Below, in pieces: positions 51,932 through 60,731 of a stretch of 64,000 bases of DNA. The notes under the pieces are model-generated. The model was given only the letters and a program-made list of their open reading frames with translations. It was not told where the DNA came from and did not search any database. Source of the stretch: an uncultured bacterium (GTDB lineage Bacteria > Patescibacteriota > Minisyncoccia > UBA6257 > GWB1-50-10); NCBI GenBank assembly GCA_963713955.1, contig OY970216.1, forward strand, positions 209,934 through 273,933, in the 5' to 3' direction. The position numbers and the translations under genes are program-made. Each line of letters starts with the position of its first letter. The stretch's first letter is position 1.

Positions 51932-52906
51932 TCATTTCGAGAAATCGAGGATAATATTGTCGACGCGGGGGGTCGAGTTCTGAAGGGAGTTCGTCTGGAG
52001 CATGAGCTCGTACCTGAAATAGCGGTAGTTGCTGAAATAAGTCGGGTTTACGCAAATCGGCGTACCTGGCGCGGGACAGGATGACAGCGTTCCTCCCGTG
52101 AGACTCTGGCTGCACGGCGCGCCGTACCAATTGCTTCCCGTGCCCGAGGGACCGATGTAATTCCAGGAGCTGCTTGTGCTATTCGAAGCCGCGATCTGGA
52201 ATCCCAATGCGGTCCCGGCAAGGCCACACGATCCTTGCCACACGATGCTCTGGAGAGTTGCTGGCCCGCCTGCGTCTATCGTGTACGATGTGAGATAACC
52301 CACGGTACTCGTTGATCTCCAACTGGTATTCACGAGATACGGCGCTGCCGAGCAATTGCCGCCGCCCGGATTCGAGCAGTTGAAACTAATCCATCCCGCG
52401 AGATCGTTCCACGCCCAGCCGTTGAAGTTGCCATTCGAGTCTATCGAGACGTCGTAGCTCACCGAACCGGGGCAGACGGCCGAATTTTGCCCGCCGCAGA
52501 AACTAATCCATCCCACGAGATCGTTCCACGCGAAACCGCTCAAAGCTCCCGTCGCGTCCGCGCCGCTGCAGGAACCGTCGGCGTTGTGCGTCGCGTTCGT
52601 GCCGTTGCAGATGCCGTAGTTTGAGGTGCCGCACAGGTTTCCGTTTCTGGTTGTGAAGCAATCGAGAGAGAGGTCGCCCACGGAAGAACTGGCATAGCCG
52701 CTTATTTTGGTGCCTGCGACAAGGACGGCTTGAGTCCCGTAAAAATCCCAAAAGCCGTCAAGCGGGTCGTAAGCCGACGAGCTGGTCGGTGAAGATGCTA
52801 TGTTGGTGCTTGCAGCAGCCGACGGGGCGCCGGAGAGTATCAAAAACAGGGTCATCGCGACGACAATCGCGACGAGTATCCAGAAAACGATCTTGACCGG
52901 TTTCAT
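51932..52906 (-). CDS. Secreted Cys-rich protein with GFAWNDLVGWISF / GWAWNDLAGWISFN repeats. Same repeat family as in the 9145 protein.
   Basis: 324 aa. Signal/TM IVFWILVAIVVAMTLFLILSG. Ser/Thr-rich linker. Two copies of G[FW]AWNDL[VA]GWISF followed by Cys clusters. Confidence 0.5.
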   Translation of the reverse strand: MKPVKIVFWILVAIVVAMTLFLILSGAPSAAASTNIASSPTSSSAYDPLDGFWDFYGTQAVLVAGTKISGYASSSVGDLSLDCFTTRNGNLCGTSNYGICNGTNATHNADGSCSGADATGALSGFAWNDLVGWISFCGGQNSAVCPGSVSYDVSIDSNGNFNGWAWNDLAGWISFNCSNPGGGNCSAAPYLVNTSWRSTSTVGYLTSYTIDAGGPATLQSIVWQGSCGLAGTALGFQIAASNSTSSSWNYIGPSGTGSNWYGAPCSQSLTGGTLSSCPAPGTPICVNPTYFSNYRYFRYELMLQTNSLQNSTPRVDNIILDFSK

Positions 52907-53000
52907 TTCTTCAATTATATATCAAAAATTTGTTTTATGTTATAATGGGGAAACCCCGCGCCCGAGGAGGCACGGGAAAAGGTCAAATTTCTTTTTAAAA

Positions 53001-53444
53001 ATGAAAGACAAGTTAAATAGGATACTCTTGGCGATCGTGATAGTTCTTTTTTTGGTCTTGGTCGGGATTTTGTACTGGAAGTTCTGGGGGAGCGGGGAGT
53101 CGTCGTATTACGCAGTGTATCTCCGGACGGGAGATCTCTACTTCGGGGAACTCAGCACTTTTCCGTCGTTCCAACTGACCCATGTCTACATGCTCCAGGT
53201 GAACTCCCAGAACCAGGAGAATCCGGTGAGCGTCCAGAAGTTCGCGAGTGTTTTCTGGGGACCGGAAGATTCGATAAAGATAAACAAGGACGACATCGTA
53301 TGGTACACCAAGCTTGCTTCCACGAGCCGGCTCCTTGGGCTTATTAAATCCAACCCGTCGCTCGCGTCGGGGACGCCGTCCGAGAACATTCCGCCGAGTA
53401 ATCAGACGTCAACGGTGGAAGTGCCCGTTGAGGGATCCAAATAG
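53001..53444 (+). CDS. Membrane-anchored hypothetical protein. Start at MKDKLNR; the ORF track gives 52800.
   Basis: N-terminal TM ILLAIVIVLFLVLVGILYW. About 147 aa. Directly upstream of the pilin-like gene. Confidence 0.4.
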   Translation: MKDKLNRILLAIVIVLFLVLVGILYWKFWGSGESSYYAVYLRTGDLYFGELSTFPSFQLTHVYMLQVNSQNQENPVSVQKFASVFWGPEDSIKINKDDIVWYTKLASTSRLLGLIKSNPSLASGTPSENIPPSNQTSTVEVPVEGSK

Positions 53445-53494
53445 AGTTGTTTGGCTCGCCGAACCTGCGCCGTTCAAGATTCTCCGTTTTTGTT

Positions 53495-53941
53495 ATGATG
53501 AAAGGTATGTCACCGGATCGTGTGAAAAAAGGAAACTCGGGCCAAACAGCGCTGCCGTTCATATTACTCGTGAGTGGTATTATCATTGAAATAGTGGTGG
53601 CAGGGACTCTCACGTCTTACTTCGCGAGTGGTTCCGGCTTCGGGGAGAGGTTGGATGCGAGAGCTGTGGCAGCCGCCTCTTCGGGGATCAACGACGCTCT
53701 GATGCAACTCACGAAGAACAAGGATTTCGGCTCCTCCAATCCCACGTACGGAGTCGGTGTGGGGAGTGATGCGGCAACGGTCACCTTCACAAGCGCTCTC
53801 TCGAACGGCTACTACAACTATACGGTTACTTCACTCGGAATCGCTGGGACGAGGCAAAAGAAAATAGTCGCCACGGTCGCGGTCGATGCCTCAACCGGCA
53901 GCATGAGCCTCACTTCTCTCGGGGAGGTTCCAATCCAATAG
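53495..53941 (+). CDS. Prepilin/TadE-like small membrane protein, tentative. The ORF track starts at 53447.
   Basis: KKGNSGQTALPFILLVSGIIIEIVVAG resembles TadE/pseudopilin N-termini (RGQxAVEFALVLP). Gly/Ser-rich remainder. Confidence 0.35.
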   Translation: MMKGMSPDRVKKGNSGQTALPFILLVSGIIIEIVVAGTLTSYFASGSGFGERLDARAVAAASSGINDALMQLTKNKDFGSSNPTYGVGVGSDAATVTFTSALSNGYYNYTVTSLGIAGTRQKKIVATVAVDASTGSMSLTSLGEVPIQ

Positions 53942-53955
53942 AAACAAATGGAAAA

Positions 53956-55470
53956 ATGAAAATAAGAGAACTATTACAAAAGGCGGTTAAATTATTTGAG
54001 AAACTGAGCTCAAAACCCAGAATAGACGGCCTGGAGATAACCGGCAGTACTCTCAAGTACGCGTGGTTGGAAGGCGGGAGCGTGAGAACCGCGGGTGTGA
54101 AGCTTGCGCCGGGGATCATCGTCGAAGGCAAACTGCGCGACCGAGAGGGTTTTTTGAAAGCGCTCGCTGCTCTCAAATCTGCGATTGTAATCGGCAGGAA
54201 AGATAAAACGCTCCGGATCAATGTCGTTCTTCCCACCCCCATTATTTTTACCCAGAGTTTTTCGGTTCCAAACCTGAGCGCCGGGGAATTGGAAGAATCC
54301 GTTAACCTCAATCTGCAGATGATATCCCCCATAGCGAGGGAGGAAGCCAATATGAGCGCCCAGATAGTTTCGGAACGCGACTTCAATTATGAATTTTTTG
54401 GTGCTTTCGCCGAGCGAAAGGAGGTTGCGAACTACGAATCGGCTCTCGTGGAAGGCGGCTTCGCGCCGGTTTCGTTTGAGTTCCAAGCGTTATCCCTCGC
54501 GCGATTTATAAGAAATTTTTCCGTTGCTTCGGAGGGGCTCGTTTTGGTTTTCAGCCTGTCTCCCGACGGCATCGAATTGTTTCTCATCGTGGATGGCAAC
54601 ACGCATTTCAGTTACTTTAGGTCGTGGCAGTCGATTCAGGGGAATCTGCCATCTCTCTCGAGGAGTTTGTTCGAGGAGGTTATTGCCGAGGAAGTTGTCA
54701 AGGTCGTGAATTTTTCGTCCGGCAAATTCGGTCTTTCTCCCGGATCGCTTCTCTTCTTGGCTCCCGGCTTTGAGGAAGAAATGGGGAAGCTCGCGGAGAG
54801 CAGACTGGGGATAAAATCCGCTCCGATATTCTCTCCCCGCCTCAAGGCTCAACCCCTCTTTTATTCCGCGGTCGGTGCCGCGATGCGGTGGCAGGATGAA
54901 AAAGAAAACGGAGACTTGAAGGCCATAAACCTGGGCGGAGAAGATCTCGTGAGGGTCATCTATGAAGAGCAATTCCTGAATTTCACGTCGTTGTGGCGCG
55001 GAATACTGTCAGGCGTTTTTGGTTTTCTCCTCCTCGCGTACGTGGGGGGGTCTCTTTTCGTCATTGGTCAATACAAATCGGTGAATGCGGATATCTCCTC
55101 GTTCAATCCGCCGCTTGATGAAACGAAACTCACTGACATGACGAATAAGGTTACCACCTTCAATAATCTGGTGAAAGAACTCGGAACCATCCGGGGTTCG
55201 AGCGAAGATTTCTACAGTCCCTTGAAGCACTTATCCGACCTCACGAAGGCAAGTGAAATCAAGATTCTTTCGCTTAACGTAACCTCGCTTTCTTCTCCCG
55301 TCACCATCTCCGCGAACGCTCCGAGCTACAACACGGTTTTGGAGTTCAAAAACAAGATTTCTTCAGATGCCATGTTTGCTAATATCGATCTGCCGTTGAC
55401 TGAGATAATAACCCAGAGTGACGGATCGGTTAACTTCTCCCTCTCCTTCAGTTTCAACCTGAGCCATTAA
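53956..55470 (+). CDS. PilM-like (actin-fold) domain fused to a TM plus periplasmic PilN/PilO-like C-terminal region. Second pilus-assembly-type module.
   Basis: 504 aa. N-terminal GLEITGSTLKYAWLEGGSV... and LVLVFSLSPDGIELFLIVDGN resemble PilM subdomains. TM ILSGVFGFLLLAYVGGSLFVIGQY at about residue 345. C-terminal coiled/beta region. Confidence 0.45.
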   Translation: MKIRELLQKAVKLFEKLSSKPRIDGLEITGSTLKYAWLEGGSVRTAGVKLAPGIIVEGKLRDREGFLKALAALKSAIVIGRKDKTLRINVVLPTPIIFTQSFSVPNLSAGELEESVNLNLQMISPIAREEANMSAQIVSERDFNYEFFGAFAERKEVANYESALVEGGFAPVSFEFQALSLARFIRNFSVASEGLVLVFSLSPDGIELFLIVDGNTHFSYFRSWQSIQGNLPSLSRSLFEEVIAEEVVKVVNFSSGKFGLSPGSLLFLAPGFEEEMGKLAESRLGIKSAPIFSPRLKAQPLFYSAVGAAMRWQDEKENGDLKAINLGGEDLVRVIYEEQFLNFTSLWRGILSGVFGFLLLAYVGGSLFVIGQYKSVNADISSFNPPLDETKLTDMTNKVTTFNNLVKELGTIRGSSEDFYSPLKHLSDLTKASEIKILSLNVTSLSSPVTISANAPSYNTVLEFKNKISSDAMFANIDLPLTEIITQSDGSVNFSLSFSFNLSH

Positions 55471-55552
55471 AATCTGTCTCGAGACCCACCTTTTCGCCTC
55501 ACCGAGTCCTTGTTTTGTGCACTCTCATCTTGGAGGGGGGTTGAGATGGGTT

Positions 55553-56083
55553 CTAGATTCCCAGTTCCGCCTTGATCGACTGAAAAACTTCCGTGAGTTT
55601 TTGGAGCGAACGCGCATCAATGGTTCTCAAAACAAAGTCACCGGCTTTTTTTCGCCGCCTTTCGCCTTCGTTCCTGATACCGATCCTCACTCTCCAGAAA
55701 TCCCTCGTTTTCATCTCCGCTATCGCCGATGAGACACCCCGGTGTCCCGCTGGCCCCCTCCCGAACTGTATGCGATATTCGCCGAGCGGAATGTCGGCAT
55801 CATCGTGGACGAACGCCGTTTCCGCGGGGGTCGATTTGAAATAAGAGATGGCTTTCTTGGCTGCCTTTCCCGATTCATTCATGAGAAAGGAATCTGTTTT
55901 CACGAGCGCGAAGGGGCCGTATTTGAAATAAGAGAACGAGGGGCCTGACCTCCAGGCGGCTTCTTCGCCGGAGAGAAAATCCAGAAATTTAAACCCGGCG
56001 TTGTGAAACGTGTCCTTGTACTCTTTCCCGGGATTGCCGAGACCTATGATTACTCTCAGATTATTTGCTTTTTTACTTTCCAT
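55553..56083 (-). CDS. pth: Peptidyl-tRNA hydrolase.
   Basis: LRVIIGLGNPGKEYKDTFHNAGFKFLD (GLGNPG, HN). VHDDADIPLGEYRIQFGRGPAGHRGVSS (HDE.D...G..R.K.GG...GHNG). Confidence 0.9.
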   Translation of the reverse strand: MESKKANNLRVIIGLGNPGKEYKDTFHNAGFKFLDFLSGEEAAWRSGPSFSYFKYGPFALVKTDSFLMNESGKAAKKAISYFKSTPAETAFVHDDADIPLGEYRIQFGRGPAGHRGVSSAIAEMKTRDFWRVRIGIRNEGERRRKKAGDFVLRTIDARSLQKLTEVFQSIKAELGI

Positions 56084-56135
56084 TGAATAGAATTTACCCA
56101 GTAGTGAAAACTCGCCTCTATCATTATATTACATT

Positions 56136-56690
56136 ATGAAGAAAATATTTTGGTCCATCGCCGAAATGCTCGAGACCATCGCGATAGCGGTGGTAGCCGT
56201 CCTCGTCGTCCGGACATTCGTCGCCCAGCCGTTTTTGGTCAGCGGTTCAAGCATGGAGCCGACCTTCAACAACGGTGATTACCTTCTGGTCGACGAACTT
56301 ACCTATCATTTCCGATTCCCGGAACGGGGAGAGGTGATCGTTTTGAAATACCCCAAAGATCCCAGTTCTTATTTCATCAAGAGAGTTATCGGCTTGCCGG
56401 GGGAAACAGTCGTTATTAAGAATGGCGAGGTTACCGTCGTCGATCAGGGGAAGAAGGAGGTCTTGAACGAGCCGTACCTGGATCAGCCGATGGTGCCGGG
56501 CGACTTCGAGGAGACGCTGGGCCCCAATCAGTATTTCGTAATGGGAGACAACAGGAACTACAGCTACGACTCAAGGAGCTGGGGACCGGTACCGTCGAGC
56601 GACGTCGTGGGAGTGGTGAGACTGCGCTTGTGGCCTCTCGCGACCGCCATGGCTTTCGGAACCCCTTCCTATGGTACGAGTACCCCATGA
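56136..56690 (+). CDS. lepB: Signal peptidase I.
   Basis: TM then catalytic Ser SGSSMEPTF. Lys box VIGLPGETV. GDNRNYSYDSRSWGPV. Confidence 0.85.
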   Translation: MKKIFWSIAEMLETIAIAVVAVLVVRTFVAQPFLVSGSSMEPTFNNGDYLLVDELTYHFRFPERGEVIVLKYPKDPSSYFIKRVIGLPGETVVIKNGEVTVVDQGKKEVLNEPYLDQPMVPGDFEETLGPNQYFVMGDNRNYSYDSRSWGPVPSSDVVGVVRLRLWPLATAMAFGTPSYGTSTP

Positions 56691-57970
56691 AGGCAAAGCA
56701 GAAAAATCAGCAGGTCTTTTTGGGGCTCGAGGCGATGCCCGATGCCCTCCCGCGCCTCCAAGGGTACTGGAGACAAGTCTGGGAGACGGGGAGAGCGGTC
56801 TCCGAGCTCCATGATTTTTATCTCATGGAACCTGCCATGCTCGAGCGGTATGAGGTTTTCGAGGATGCTTTCGGCAGCGACCGGGAACTCCTGAAGGACA
56901 AAATTTTTTCCCTGAAAATGGGAAAGATGAAAGCAGCTCTCCGGTTCAGTTTCCGGGAATCGGTTCTCCGGAGTTTCATCGACCATAAACTGGCTTATTT
57001 CGCATACCCCCTCAAAGTTTTCCACTTCGGTCCGGTTTTCAGGAACGTGAAGGCGGACGAATATTTTCTGAAGGAATTTCACGAACTTGGCTTCCAAGTC
57101 GTGGGGGAAACCGATCCCATCTATGACGGGGAAATCATCATGGCTTTCTACGATTTTTTCAAAAGTTTGAGACTTTCCGGCGTCATGCTGAAGATCGGAA
57201 GCTCCGGCTGCCGCGCCTGCCGCGGATCTTTCAGGCAAAAACTTGTCAATTACTACAAGGGGAAAATGAAAGACGTTTGCAAAGGGTGCGCCAAGAATTT
57301 CGAGGTAAATCCGTTCCTTCTCCTCACTTGCGAGAAGGAAGAGTGCCGGGCCGTCCGGCAAAACGGGCCGATTATGTTCGATTATTTGTGCCAGGGCTGC
57401 AACAATCATCTGAAGTCTGTTCTCGAACTCGTGGAGGACAACGGCATCGCGTACGAGCCGGATGCTAACCTCGTTTCCACGAACGAGCTCAACGACCGGA
57501 CCATCTTCGAGTTCAGAGTTCCGGAAATGCCCTACCCCTTGGCTTTCGGTTCGCGTTATGACTACGTCTCCGAGGCGGTTTTCAAAAAACAGATTCCGGC
57601 CGTGGGAGGGAATCTGGGAGTGGAAAGGACCATTGAGGCGATGGCGCGGCAGGGAATAGAACCGAGATTCAAGTCCAAACCGAGAGTGTTCTTTCTCGTC
57701 ATCGGCGATCAAGCCAAGAAAGGAGCGCTGCGCCTCATGAACAAGTTAAGACTTGCCGGCGTCGCCGTCGTCGAGGTCGTCGGCAAGAAAACGTTGAAAG
57801 CCCAAGTGAAGACCGCCGAGAAGATGGGAATCAAATTAGCCCTTCTCCTCGGGCAGAAGGAGATTTTCGACGGGACGGTCATCTTACGGGACATGACATC
57901 GGGGATACAGGAAACCATTCTCGTCGACAAGCTGGTGGAAGAGGTGAAGAAAAGGTTGAATAATGAATAA
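56687..57970 (+). CDS. hisS: Histidyl-tRNA synthetase-like class II aaRS with a divergent N-terminal/motif-1 region. Start at MKAKQKN, overlapping the lepB stop (ATGA).
   Basis: Motif 2-like FHFGPVFRNVKADEYFLKEFHELGFQVVGE. Motif 3-like AFGSRYDYVSEAVFKKQIPAVGGNLGVERTIEAM (GGRYD...AVGFA.G.ER pattern). C-terminal anticodon-binding domain (VFFLVIGDQAKKGALRL...VAVVEV...). HisZ paralog not excluded. Confidence 0.65.
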   Translation: MKAKQKNQQVFLGLEAMPDALPRLQGYWRQVWETGRAVSELHDFYLMEPAMLERYEVFEDAFGSDRELLKDKIFSLKMGKMKAALRFSFRESVLRSFIDHKLAYFAYPLKVFHFGPVFRNVKADEYFLKEFHELGFQVVGETDPIYDGEIIMAFYDFFKSLRLSGVMLKIGSSGCRACRGSFRQKLVNYYKGKMKDVCKGCAKNFEVNPFLLLTCEKEECRAVRQNGPIMFDYLCQGCNNHLKSVLELVEDNGIAYEPDANLVSTNELNDRTIFEFRVPEMPYPLAFGSRYDYVSEAVFKKQIPAVGGNLGVERTIEAMARQGIEPRFKSKPRVFFLVIGDQAKKGALRLMNKLRLAGVAVVEVVGKKTLKAQVKTAEKMGIKLALLLGQKEIFDGTVILRDMTSGIQETILVDKLVEEVKKRLNNE

Positions 57971-58391
57971 GATGGATTGCTTGTTCTGCAAAATAGTGAA
58001 AGGCGAAATTCCGGCGCACGTCGTTTACGAGAGCGATGCGGCTTTGGGAATTCTCGATGTAAATCCCAAAGCCCCCGGCCATGCGATGGTGATACCGAAG
58101 ATCCACGCCGAAAACGTATTGGACCTGCCGGCGGAATCCGTGGGCCCCGTGTTTTTGGCTGTCAAGGAAACAACGGAGAAGCTCAAGAAAGCTTTTTCGC
58201 CGGACGGTTTTACGATAGGGATCAATCATGGCCGCGTTTCGGGGCAGTCGGTTAACCATCTGCACATCCATATCATGCCGCGGTGGTTTTCCGACGGAGG
58301 CGGTTCGGTGCACGGCGTCGTTTCGAATCCTCCCCGCGAGACGTTGGAGGAGATCAAAGACAGGATACTAAGGTCGAACAAGGAAAAGTAG
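57963..58391 (+). CDS. HIT-family (histidine triad) nucleotide hydrolase.
   Basis: CLFCKIVKGEIPAHVVYESD..., histidine triad VNHLHIHIMPR. Confidence 0.85.
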   Translation: MNKMDCLFCKIVKGEIPAHVVYESDAALGILDVNPKAPGHAMVIPKIHAENVLDLPAESVGPVFLAVKETTEKLKKAFSPDGFTIGINHGRVSGQSVNHLHIHIMPRWFSDGGGSVHGVVSNPPRETLEEIKDRILRSNKEK

Positions 58392-58396
58392 TTACC

Positions 58397-58612
58397 ATGG
58401 AAATCAGAAAAAGAAAAAACGAAAGCGTAGGAACCTTTCTCTACCGCTTCAACAAAAGAGTCCAGCAAAGCGGGATCCTGAAAGAAGTGAAAAAAAGGAA
58501 AGCGGTCACGAGGCCGCAAAACAGGAGGAAGAGAAGAATATCGGCCATTTACCGGTACCGGCGGGAAAAAGAAATCAAACGATCCCGCAAGTTGGGGTAC
58601 ACCGGTCGGTGA
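58397..58612 (+). CDS. rpsU: 30S ribosomal protein S21. Start at MEIRKRKNES; the ORF track 58283 start is an upstream extension.
   Basis: MEIRKRKNESVGTFLYRFNKRVQQSGILKEVKKRKAVTRPQNRRKRRISA fits the S21 consensus (V.V..NE....ALRRFKR..E..G.L.E.R.R..YEKP...RKRK). Confidence 0.8.
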   Translation: MEIRKRKNESVGTFLYRFNKRVQQSGILKEVKKRKAVTRPQNRRKRRISAIYRYRREKEIKRSRKLGYTGR

Positions 58613-58631
58613 TTTTATCCGCGTTTCCTCT

Positions 58632-59093
58632 ATGTCCCTCATCAAGGAAAAAATAGAAGGCGATTTAAAGGATGCGATGAAAGGAAGGGATGACTTCAAA
58701 GTCGGGGCTTTGCGTTTTCTCCTCTCGAGCATCCAGGGGAAGGAAATAGACAAGAGGGGCAAGGGTTTCGCGGAAACGCTCTCCGACGAAGAAGCGGAAG
58801 ACGTCTTGAGAAAGGAATACAAAAAGAGGAAGGAATCCTTCGAAATTTATTCCCGGAGCGGCCGGAGCGACCTCGCGTCCGGGGAAGAAAAGGAAATGGC
58901 CGTCATCGAGAGCTATCTCCCGCCCCGGGTGTCCTCCGCGGAGGTGAGGAAAATAATCGATGACGCCGTCGCCGCGATTCAGCTTTCCGGCCCCGGGGAC
59001 TTCGGGCGCGTGATGGGCGAAGTCATGAAGAAAGCGAAGGGCGCCGACGGTTCGGAGGTTTCCCGGATCATAAAGGAAAAACTCGCGGGTTAG
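58632..59093 (+). CDS. yqeY: GatB/YqeY domain protein.
   Basis: KEKIEGDLKDAMKGRDDFKVGALRFLLSSIQGKEID...EAEDVLRKEYKKRKESFEIYSRSGRSDLASGEEKEMAVIESYLP matches YqeY. Confidence 0.8.
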   Translation: MSLIKEKIEGDLKDAMKGRDDFKVGALRFLLSSIQGKEIDKRGKGFAETLSDEEAEDVLRKEYKKRKESFEIYSRSGRSDLASGEEKEMAVIESYLPPRVSSAEVRKIIDDAVAAIQLSGPGDFGRVMGEVMKKAKGADGSEVSRIIKEKLAG

Positions 59094-59096
59094 GCC

Positions 59097-59522
59097 ATGA
59101 ATCGGAATCTAGTCTCATTCGGAGTGTCTAAAAAGAGGTTTACAAAGTACGAAAGAGCTGTGAGAGAAGCAGCTCTTCTTTCGTTGAAGGTTCTCGGCAA
59201 GAACAAGAAAGCTCTGGATATTTTCCTCGTCCCCGACGGTGAGATGAAAAAGCTCAATCGCCGATTCAGAGGCAGGAACAAGGTGACGGACGTCCTGAGT
59301 TTCCCTGCTGACCCCCCGTTTCCGCGGCCCGATCTCGGGAAGCGGGATTTCATCGGGGAGATTTTCCTGGCGCCGGACTTCGTTGAAACGGAAAAAGAAG
59401 ACATCCGTTTTCTCACGGTGCACGCCACGTTGCACCTTCTCGGGTATACCCATTCCGCCCGGAAAGATAGTATAATGATGAATAAGCTGGAACGTAAAAT
59501 TTGGCCATGTCGAAAATATTAA
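59097..59522 (+). CDS. ybeY: rRNA maturation endoribonuclease YbeY.
   Basis: ALDIFLVPDGEMKKLNRRFRGRNKVTDVLSFP and zinc-binding HATLHLLGYTH (H..LHL.GYDH). Confidence 0.8.
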   Translation: MNRNLVSFGVSKKRFTKYERAVREAALLSLKVLGKNKKALDIFLVPDGEMKKLNRRFRGRNKVTDVLSFPADPPFPRPDLGKRDFIGEIFLAPDFVETEKEDIRFLTVHATLHLLGYTHSARKDSIMMNKLERKIWPCRKY

Positions 59523-60724
59523 CAAGCTTGGATTTGGGTTCATCGCAATTCAAGGGCATCGTCGTCGAAGAAAAAAAAGACGGCTTCCTTTCCGTAATAT
59601 CCGCTTTCAAGCAGCCGTCGGACGGTTTCCGGAAAGGCGTCCTCGTTGATTTCGAGGAGGCCGCGGATTCTTTGGGGAAAATTTTTTCCGACTTGTCCAA
59701 AATCTCGAAGAAGGCGGTCCAGAATGTTTTCATAAACGTGGCGAGCGAATACATAAGACCGCGTCCCTCGCGGGGAGCGGTCGCCATTTCGAACGTAAGC
59801 CGCGAGATAAAGAGCGACGACGTGGAGAAGGTGAATCAGCTTTCCCTGGCTTTCAAGGCAAGTCCCAACTCGTTCGTGCTCCACAACATAACCAAGGAAT
59901 ACATCGTGGATGACATCGGGGATATCTTGGACCCCGTGGGCATGGCCGGCAACCGGCTCGAGGTTGAGACGCTTATCGTCGAGGGGGTATCGTCGCAGGT
60001 GAATCCGCTCATAAGGCTCTTCGATTCTGTGGATGCCACGGTCGGGGGATTGGTTTTCAATCCTCTGGCCGCCGCCGAGGCCGTGCTTTCCAAGAAACAA
60101 AAGAACCTCGGGGTGATGATGATAGATTTCGGATCGGGAACCACAAACGTCGCCGTTTTCGAAGAAGGGAAAATCCTCCATGCGAAGACCATACCCATCG
60201 GATCGTCGTACATCACGAACGACATCGCAATCGGCCTCAAAGTTTCCGTCGATCTGGCTGAAAAACTCAAGTTGAGCTACAGCTCGGCGACTTCCTCGGG
60301 CGTCGGGAAGCGGGACGTCGTACGCCTCATGGACGTTGATGGAAAGAGTGAGGGAGAAATATCGAGGAAATTCCTCTCCGAAATAATAGAAGTCAGGGTT
60401 GCAGAAATTCTGGATTTAATAAATAATGAGGTGAAGGCGATAGGCCGGAGTATACAGCTTCCGGGCGGGGTGGTAGCAACGGGGGGCGGCGTCAAGCTCT
60501 ATAAAATGGACGAGATTTTAAGGGAAGAAATGCGTCTCCCGGCCCAGGTAGGATTCCCCAATCTAAACCGCTTCGAGGTCATGAATCCGGCTCACAAGGA
60601 GATGATCGACGATCCGGAATTCGCCGTGGCGGTGGGGCTCATGCTGAAAGCTTCCGAGGAAGACGGCCGGCCTGTCCAAAAAATAAGGTCAATTAAAGAT
60701 TTCTTAAGGAATCTCCTTCCTTAA
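59507..60724 (+). CDS. ftsA: Cell division protein FtsA.
   Basis: ILTSLDLGSSQFKGIVVE..., IDFGSGTTNVAVFEEG, VATGGGVKL. Actin-like ATPase. Located upstream of ftsZ. Confidence 0.85.
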   Translation: MSKILTSLDLGSSQFKGIVVEEKKDGFLSVISAFKQPSDGFRKGVLVDFEEAADSLGKIFSDLSKISKKAVQNVFINVASEYIRPRPSRGAVAISNVSREIKSDDVEKVNQLSLAFKASPNSFVLHNITKEYIVDDIGDILDPVGMAGNRLEVETLIVEGVSSQVNPLIRLFDSVDATVGGLVFNPLAAAEAVLSKKQKNLGVMMIDFGSGTTNVAVFEEGKILHAKTIPIGSSYITNDIAIGLKVSVDLAEKLKLSYSSATSSGVGKRDVVRLMDVDGKSEGEISRKFLSEIIEVRVAEILDLINNEVKAIGRSIQLPGGVVATGGGVKLYKMDEILREEMRLPAQVGFPNLNRFEVMNPAHKEMIDDPEFAVAVGLMLKASEEDGRPVQKIRSIKDFLRNLLP

Positions 60725-60731
60725 CATAGCA

